A DNA stretch of 64,000 nt. Source: a virus. The stretch spans positions 4,959-68,958 of IMG/VR virus record IMGVR_UViG_3300027793_000082; one strand, 5' to 3'. The stretch's first letter is position 1. Each line of letters begins with the position of its first letter. The translations under genes and the position numbers were made by a program. This document shows, piece after piece, positions 58,493 through 64,000 of the stretch. The notes under the pieces were generated by a model. That model had not been told where the DNA came from. It was given only the letters and a program-made list of their open reading frames with translations, and ran no database searches.

Positions 58493-58916
58493 GCTTGCCA
58501 ATCTTCTCAAAAATGTAGGGCTTGTTCCACTTGCCAATCTGTATTGAAACCCACCACCCCACATCCCAATAATCCGACTGGATGTCGCTGCGATCCCAGT
58601 TGCCCTGGTTCATCGCAGCCAGGATCTCCTTGAGGCACTGCCGAGCACGACCGGAAAAGTGAGTGTGGATGTGATACACATTCACATCAATGTGATCAGG
58701 AACCTTGCTCACCTGGTGCGCAGTGGGATCGTTGTTGTAGTTGGTGGGAAAGGTATCAGCCCAATTTTGGCAGAAATTGATCTTCCCGGACTTGATAGTG
58801 AGGGTCAGGGTGCTGCGGTTGCGCACACTCAGTGTGCCCTTGACGCCATACTTGGCGAGCACACGCTTCACCAGCGGGGCAAACTTCTGCTTGCGTTCCG
58901 GGGTCATGTAAGCCAT
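58485..58916 (-). CDS. conserved phage hypothetical protein
   Basis: DRSDIQSDYWDVGWW..IG.W.KPY; GAGGAG RBS; promoter at 58944-58971. Confidence 0.75.
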   Translation of the reverse strand: MAYMTPERKQKFAPLVKRVLAKYGVKGTLSVRNRSTLTLTIKSGKINFCQNWADTFPTNYNNDPTAHQVSKVPDHIDVNVYHIHTHFSGRARQCLKEILAAMNQGNWDRSDIQSDYWDVGWWVSIQIGKWNKPYIFEKIGKHV

Positions 58917-58943
58917 TTGGGCTGCTCCTCGTTGCGTAGGCTC

Positions 58944-58971
58944 AGTATAGCAGGTTATTGGAGTTCGTCAA
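58944..58971 (-). promoter_or_regulatory. early promoter TTGACG-N16-TATACT
   Basis: Hexamers seen directly. Confidence 0.7.
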
Positions 58972-58981
58972 CCACAAAACT

Positions 58982-59224
58982 TCACTGAGTTTCCTTTTCA
59001 TACTCCACAGGAATGCAGGTGATGAGCTTGATGTCGATGCCGGTTGGTCCAGAACCACTTCTACCACTTCTAGAGGCATTTTCCATGAGGATTCGATCTC
59101 GAGCAGCTTGACAGCTTTTTTCAGTGGCAAATCCTGGCACAGTGGCCACAGTCATGGCTCTAGATGAGGCATTTGGTTCGGCCCAGATGATCAGCGTCCA
59201 GAGGGTTATTGTGCTCAAAATCAT
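58982..59224 (-). CDS. small exported/membrane hypothetical protein
   Basis: Hydrophobic N-terminus; F.T..SC..A motif. Confidence 0.55.
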   Translation of the reverse strand: MILSTITLWTLIIWAEPNASSRAMTVATVPGFATEKSCQAARDRILMENASRSGRSGSGPTGIDIKLITCIPVEYEKETQ

Positions 59225-59439
59225 GTGCTTTCCTTACGGTTCAAAAGAGTGTGCACATACGCTGCCATCACACCTGACACTTGAAAACTGCTGCCCTGAT
59301 GGCTGAAGGACGCCCATTCACGATCTGTCCATCCGATCAACTCACAGTTGGGTGGAGCAACACGAGTCCACCAGTCATGATCGGCACGAGCCCTGGCGAG
59401 ATCATTGGGATTGTTGATGTCAATGTCAGGGCGCGGCAT
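59221..59439 (-). CDS. hypothetical protein
   Basis: Operon-packed ORF. Confidence 0.5.
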   Translation of the reverse strand: MPRPDIDINNPNDLARARADHDWWTRVAPPNCELIGWTDREWASFSHQGSSFQVSGVMAAYVHTLLNRKEST

Positions 59440-59644
59440 GGTTTACTCCCACTGCCCTCATGCTGCGCTCGCGTGAGTCAACCCACATCAGGGCCAGTGT
59501 TGCGGACTTGAACACATGCCTATCCTTACGTTTGTTACTACCTGTTAGCACAGCAATAGTGCCCCGGAGGTAGTTGATGTCAATGCCATAGCCCATGCGC
59601 TTGCAGGCCATGATCAGCTCATCTTCAATCAGTTCAGTGTGCAT
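59426..59644 (-). CDS. hypothetical protein
   Basis: Operon-packed ORF. Confidence 0.5.
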   Translation of the reverse strand: MHTELIEDELIMACKRMGYGIDINYLRGTIAVLTGSNKRKDRHVFKSATLALMWVDSRERSMRAVGVNHAAP

Positions 59645-59928
59645 TAGGCGCTCCAATACGATTCGCTGGCCACAGAGCAGTGCCAGGGCGTATCGGCCGG
59701 TTCAAGACACACAGCACCAGTCATGAGATTGGTCACTTCCCGCATGGGAACCTGCGCACGGTAAGCGTCCAGCGCCATGACCTTGAGGTCCGAGGCAGCA
59801 TACCCTGTAGTGCGGATGTATCGCGTGCGGGCCGCTTCAGCAGCGGCTACAGTGAGGTATGATTCTCGACCGGTGCGAGGATGACGTACACGAGTCTTGT
59901 TCTGCACGTTCACAACAACAAAGCTCAT
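59644..59928 (-). CDS. hypothetical protein
   Basis: NLMTG....E..DTP..CS.ASESYWS motif. Confidence 0.65.
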   Translation of the reverse strand: MSFVVVNVQNKTRVRHPRTGRESYLTVAAAEAARTRYIRTTGYAASDLKVMALDAYRAQVPMREVTNLMTGAVCLEPADTPWHCSVASESYWSA

Positions 59929-59956
59929 TTCACACACTCCTTTGTCTGCTGCGAGC

Positions 59957-59984
59957 ATTATAGCACTGCAATCCAAGCTGTCAA
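59957..59984 (-). promoter_or_regulatory. early promoter TTGACA-N16-TATAAT
   Basis: Perfect consensus hexamers. Confidence 0.8.
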
Positions 59985-59997
59985 ACAGAAAAATAAG

Positions 59998-60726
59998 CTA
60001 ATAGCTAGGAATATCTGCCAAAACGCTTTCTGTAAGGGCCAGCAATTCATTCACTGTGAGTTCGTTATAGTCGCCTGCGAGATCTGCCAATTCCAGGAAG
60101 ATGTTCAATTCTTCTGGATCTTGGTTAGCTACAAAATTAGTTAGTATTTCTCTATCTACGGAATTGGCAGCCATTTGATAGAGAAATTGCTTGACTTGTT
60201 GTTTGAGGCTACTGAGAGAGTTACTAACGTCCCAATCCGAGCTCTCAAGATCTCTTTTGAGCGAGCTGGGTGAGACTTTAGTTATTGTATGAGGCTGCTT
60301 CTGCAAGCTTTCGGGACTTGGATCAGAGCTCAGGTTAATTTTCTTGAGATACTTTCCAAGTGCCTTGATTTTGGCTCCCCTGCCTTCCACACTCTGATGG
60401 TCAGTCACGGCTGCCAGCACCAATGTCTTGCCCACAGGTTTGTAGATTACAATGGCTTTGCCAAAAAACAAATGAGCATGCCACCACCCTGTGATTCCGT
60501 CAACATCTCCGCCACCCCATTGAGTATCTTTCTTGCCAACAGATTGGTCGAGGTTCTTTAGTTTGTGATCCAGAAACGAATCAAACTCCTCGCGCATCTT
60601 GGGAAAGCTTTTGGAAAACGTGGCAAAATTCCTTTCAAAGCGTTTGGTGACCGCAATCTTGACATCCCCCTCAGCAGGTTCACGCAGTCGTGATTGAACA
60701 GCCTCTTGTATTTCTTTCCAGCGCAT
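59998..60726 (-). CDS. RelE/YafQ-like fold protein with C-terminal extension
   Basis: TKRFERNF...KKD.Q..G....WWHAHL...IVIYK....LVL..VTDH pattern. Confidence 0.5.
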   Translation of the reverse strand: MRWKEIQEAVQSRLREPAEGDVKIAVTKRFERNFATFSKSFPKMREEFDSFLDHKLKNLDQSVGKKDTQWGGGDVDGITGWWHAHLFFGKAIVIYKPVGKTLVLAAVTDHQSVEGRGAKIKALGKYLKKINLSSDPSPESLQKQPHTITKVSPSSLKRDLESSDWDVSNSLSSLKQQVKQFLYQMAANSVDREILTNFVANQDPEELNIFLELADLAGDYNELTVNELLALTESVLADIPSY

Positions 60727-60914
60727 CAACGGGCCTTCAGCAAGTGTTCCATCAGCGCCTCACGGCTGTCAAAATAAGTGAGCTTGCTGAAATCGTCTGC
60801 CGGCTCCTTGTTGACAGGAGCATTGGTGGTAGTTGCTTCTGCACTCTGCTTCTGTGCCCGATGAGCTTCGATGCGCTTCCAAGCCTGCTGGCGGATTAGA
60901 TCGTAGTTCTTCAT
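60726..60914 (-). CDS. small hypothetical protein
   Basis: AAGGAG RBS; TAAATA at 60937-60942; coupled to next gene. Confidence 0.6.
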   Translation of the reverse strand: MKNYDLIRQQAWKRIEAHRAQKQSAEATTTNAPVNKEPADDFSKLTYFDSREALMEHLLKAR

Positions 60915-60974
60915 CTGGCGCTCCTTGCTGATAGGGTATTTAGCAGAGTTTGCCTCGCGTATCAACCAAAAAGT

Positions 60975-61130
60975 TCAACCATCAAGCTCCACATGCAGCC
61001 AGCTGAACTCAGTGCCATGGCTCATCACCTCCAGCTTGCTGCCGTCGCTGAACTCGATTTCCAGGTAGCCATCACCATATCGGGTAACCTTGCTCACCGT
61101 GCGGCCCACCATGTTGTCCAGCTGGCTCAT
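60975..61130 (-). CDS. 51-aa hypothetical protein (MSQLDNMVGRTV...; not in ORF track)
   Basis: AAGGAG RBS and promoter TTGACA-N16-TATACT at 61158-61185. Confidence 0.6.
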   Translation of the reverse strand: MSQLDNMVGRTVSKVTRYGDGYLEIEFSDGSKLEVMSHGTEFSWLHVELDG

Positions 61131-61198
61131 GTCGCTTGCTCCTTGCTTGGTAACGCCAGTATAGCAGGTTTTGCTCGGCTGTCAACCACTATCTGGGT

Positions 61199-61453
61199 TC
61201 AGTCCTCCAGGATTTCCACAATGACTCGCACTCGCTTGCCCAGCATCAGCTTGATGTCAGGGTGCAGCTGATTGGGGTCCCAACTGTGGACCCGCACAAA
61301 CAACCCTTCTCCCATGTTGGAGGAGAAAAACTCCACAATCTGTGCCTGCCCACCATCCTGCACGTCCACAGGAGCCTCGTGCTCCTGGTAGTGGCGCAGT
61401 CTGCCAGCCTCATCACGCTCAGGCACCACAGTGCGTGTCCACTCAATCTTCAT
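61199..61453 (-). CDS. hypothetical protein (MKIEWTR...)
   Basis: GAGGAG RBS. Confidence 0.55.
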   Translation of the reverse strand: MKIEWTRTVVPERDEAGRLRHYQEHEAPVDVQDGGQAQIVEFFSSNMGEGLFVRVHSWDPNQLHPDIKLMLGKRVRVIVEILED

Positions 61454-61463
61454 CGATGGCTCC

Positions 61464-61733
61464 TCAATACATGTCACGGTTGCGCTGTTCGTCTCGCTCA
61501 CCCTCACGCCGGCTTTCCTCTCGCACTGTGAGGATCCGGTCGTAGAGGGTATCCACAGCATACGGGCGCTCGCGTTCCCAGCTGAAGGTTTTGGGCAGGC
61601 TGTTGAGCTCATCGCAGGCCTTTTGCGCCTCTTCCCTGCTGGTGTAGACCTGATCAGGAACATCAGTGTCAAAGCTGTAGGGATCGGTATGCACATAGTA
61701 GACCACCCAAAGCTCGCTGGTGTTGTAAGGCAT
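61464..61733 (-). CDS. hypothetical protein
   Basis: GAGGAG RBS. Confidence 0.6.
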   Translation of the reverse strand: MPYNTSELWVVYYVHTDPYSFDTDVPDQVYTSREEAQKACDELNSLPKTFSWERERPYAVDTLYDRILTVREESRREGERDEQRNRDMY

Positions 61734-61780
61734 TGTCTATCTCCTCACTTGCAGACCCATTATAGCAGGAAACAATGAGC

Positions 61781-62065
61781 CTAGTAAGCCCCAGAAACAT
61801 AGTTGGTGCCAAAAATTGCACGCAGCACAGTTTCTGGACCGTATGCGCTCCACTCCTTGAGCTTGTGGCTTCCCTTCCAGTCCCAGACTGCGCAGTCGTT
61901 GCCCTGGACGTTGAAGCCCCAACTGTGCTTGACCTTGCTGGGGTCGTCAACAATGTTGGGCTTGAAGCCCAGAAGAGCGTCGATCTCAGCTTTGGTGAGG
62001 CCCACGATGCGCCCTGTCTTGTAGCTGGACACGTGGCTTACAGGCACAATCTTCACCTTGTTCAT
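61781..62065 (-). CDS. hypothetical protein
   Basis: RBS plus promoter TTGACG-N16-TATAAT at 62093-62120; KV..SW, VWDWK motif. Confidence 0.65.
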   Translation of the reverse strand: MNKVKIVPVSHVSSYKTGRIVGLTKAEIDALLGFKPNIVDDPSKVKHSWGFNVQGNDCAVWDWKGSHKLKEWSAYGPETVLRAIFGTNYVSGAY

Positions 62066-62143
62066 CTCGCATGCTCCCTTCCTTGCAGGGTCATTATAGC
62101 AGCCAATTGCCTGCCGTCAACCAAAAAGTTTTGCCAATCTTGT

Positions 62144-62362
62144 CTAACACCAAGTTAGCTTGAACAACATGGCCATTTCTGGATCGCGGAATCTGAACAC
62201 GAAACCTCGATTTTCCCAATCAGCCCTCTCTATTCCAGCATGAGTGGTACACCACTCCTTGGCCTCAAGCCAACGTGAGTAGCTTTTTGGCCCACGTAAC
62301 GTCCACAAGACCTCAACCCAAGTTTTTGGTGGAGTTTGAAAAGCTCGCCGGTTCACCGTCAC
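62144..62362 (-). CDS. hypothetical protein
   Basis: FRFRDPEMAMLFKLTW, similar C-terminus to 45704..45955. Confidence 0.6.
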   Translation of the reverse strand: MTVNRRAFQTPPKTWVEVLWTLRGPKSYSRWLEAKEWCTTHAGIERADWENRGFVFRFRDPEMAMLFKLTWC

Positions 62363-62374
62363 CCTGCACTCTCC

Positions 62375-62722
62375 TCAAGCCTTGATCCACAAGACATTGT
62401 CTTTAAGCTTGACGCTTTCGCTACCGTCGTATTCCTCGATGATGAACTCTGCGCCTTGAGGAACCCACTCAATCTGCAGACTCTCGATATTGCAGCCCAC
62501 ATAAAAGTCACTGCCATACACGTCGTAGACATAGGTTTCCATGAGATTGATTTGATCGCTGGGCTTGCCGTCTCGCACCCACTTTACCAGCACCGGATCA
62601 AACAGGCATCGCTGACAATAGTCATGGTGTGTGTTGGAAGTGCTCCAGCCAGCACCAAAGCCAGAGCTGTATAGCACTGCTACACGGCCGTCCACCACCA
62701 CTCGATCCTGGTGCTCACTCAT
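62375..62722 (-). CDS. conserved phage hypothetical protein
   Basis: VAVLYS.GFGAGWST, F.I.EYDGSES. Confidence 0.75.
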   Translation of the reverse strand: MSEHQDRVVVDGRVAVLYSSGFGAGWSTSNTHHDYCQRCLFDPVLVKWVRDGKPSDQINLMETYVYDVYGSDFYVGCNIESLQIEWVPQGAEFIIEEYDGSESVKLKDNVLWIKA

Positions 62723-63047
62723 ACTTTTTCTTCAACCTCTCATACAGTTCACGCTCGGCAGCCTCTTGCTCTTGCCTCTGCTTTTCCGCTGCCCTTTTGC
62801 GCTTGTCTGCACTGGCTGCTCGCTTGGCAGCCAGTAGGTCCAGCTTGGCCAGTCTGGCAGCCCATTCCTCATCAGTTTCAGGAGTTTCCCAAAGGATATA
62901 GACCCGTGTGCTGTCATACCATGTGTCAAGACACAACCGAGCCCCCGGGTGCTGGAGCTCAGGCAGCTCATCCAGTGTGTATGGAGCTTGATGTTCGTCC
63001 AGCTCACGTCTGTGCTCGATCGCTCGTCGTTCTCTGGCCCGGCTCAT
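62715..63047 (-). CDS. hypothetical protein (MSRARERR...)
   Basis: PETDEEW, charged C-terminus ELYERLKKKYE. Confidence 0.6.
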   Translation of the reverse strand: MSRARERRAIEHRRELDEHQAPYTLDELPELQHPGARLCLDTWYDSTRVYILWETPETDEEWAARLAKLDLLAAKRAASADKRKRAAEKQRQEQEAAERELYERLKKKYE

Positions 63048-63373
63048 GGCATACGACAGTCCCGTGCCCAGCCAGTGTGCATCACGTTGCAGATCACTGT
63101 GGTTGGCTTGTGTTGCAGGATAGTGACCACAGTGGCAGCTTGCGAGGTTGACGTAGAGGTCACTCCCGAAGCTTCCTTGCACTCCAGCTTGACGCGGATG
63201 GTCTCAGAGCCTGGCATGATCTCGCCAACCTCGCAGCGGGCATCAGCTGTTCTCACTCTAGTCTCGGCGCTGGCCATGACCATCATGAACAGCACCACAG
63301 ACACTATCGCCACCACGCCCAGTCCCACAATGGGCGGGATCACAAATCGACCGTCTCGAAAAAAGTCAAGCAT
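63044..63373 (-). CDS. membrane-anchored hypothetical protein
   Basis: N-terminal TM helix followed by Cys-containing domain. Confidence 0.55.
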   Translation of the reverse strand: MLDFFRDGRFVIPPIVGLGVVAIVSVVLFMMVMASAETRVRTADARCEVGEIMPGSETIRVKLECKEASGVTSTSTSQAATVVTILQHKPTTVICNVMHTGWARDCRMP

Positions 63374-63848
63374 CTTCTTTGCTCCTGATGGTGATGGTTG
63401 GGCAGAACCGCTGTTTGATGCCCACGAGATAACGATAGCAGACCTGCAGGAAAGTGGGAGTTGCATCTGGTGCTGCTTCAACAGCAGAGCGTGTCTTGCG
63501 GGCTGCCCACTTCAGTGCTTCGGGTGTGCCTATCACAACCACTACCACAGCAAAAGCAGCCGCAATGATCCCAATCACAAAGCCTATGGTCATGGCCACC
63601 GTTGTGATGTTGAACAGCAGGAAAGGTACCACAAAAAACACACCGAGAACATAGAGCCATAGGCCCAAGTTCGCCAGCACAATCACGCTGCCCAGCAGGA
63701 TGGTGCGGAAAAATGTGCAGAGATCAGTACCGCGGCGCAAAGCTTGATTTGCACGAGTGTGCGGCCTATCAGAATTCAAAAACTGGTCCATGATCCGGCA
63801 GTTCCATAGGAACCACCTCACATACCATTGGTCACTGTTCACTTGCAT
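63366..63848 (-). CDS. membrane hypothetical protein
   Basis: DLC.FFR, two TM helices, KQRFCP. Confidence 0.7.
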   Translation of the reverse strand: MQVNSDQWYVRWFLWNCRIMDQFLNSDRPHTRANQALRRGTDLCTFFRTILLGSVIVLANLGLWLYVLGVFFVVPFLLFNITTVAMTIGFVIGIIAAAFAVVVVVIGTPEALKWAARKTRSAVEAAPDATPTFLQVCYRYLVGIKQRFCPTITIRSKEDA

Positions 63849-64000
63849 GTGATTGTCCTTTTGCGTTTTGTAGCATCTGTTTCAGCTCTTGCCAAGTGGT
63901 TTCTCGCCTATCGTTCCACTCTTGGAGGCTACTTGGACAGTTACCTGCCCCAAAGCGTTGGGCCAAGCTCTGCAGAATTCGGTCAGCGAACACCAAATTC

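Noticed and set aside
1-64000. Stop-codon reassignment, introns or inteins in core genes
   Set aside because: Capsid, portal, protease, gp46/47 and gp55 read through intact in the standard code and all three stops are used

Overview
64 kb of a large, T4-related (myovirus-type) phage genome. Left and centre (~1.8-44 kb): virion morphogenesis and replication genes, namely neck/tail terminator, lysozyme, gp23-like major capsid, scaffolds, gp21 protease, gp20 portal, tape measure, baseplate, gp46/47 recombination nuclease and gp55-like late sigma. These sit behind repeated TAAATA late-promoter motifs. Right (~44-64 kb): accessory region of short ORFs behind a family of sigma70-type promoters, with host-derived metabolic genes (pyrB, purM, purN; pstS lies at the far left) and sugar-modification genes. 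The host is probably an alphaproteobacterium (inference). Best leads: (1) a 269-aa protein resembling the N-terminal (WED/REC) half of TnpB/Cas12 with no RuvC domain, directly followed by ~400 nt of highly structured non-coding DNA and back-to-back with a PD-(D/E)XK nuclease; (2) three paralogous collagen-like fibre genes abutting a 2OG-Fe(II) hydroxylase; (3) a probable capsid-packaged, protease-processed polyprotein (ligase-like + nucleotidyltransferase + Acb1-like 2H domain); (4) tandem covarying RNA hairpins behind an Arg-rich protein; (5) a -1 slippery site in the baseplate/tail chaperone gene. All assignments come from motif recognition by eye; no database searches were run.
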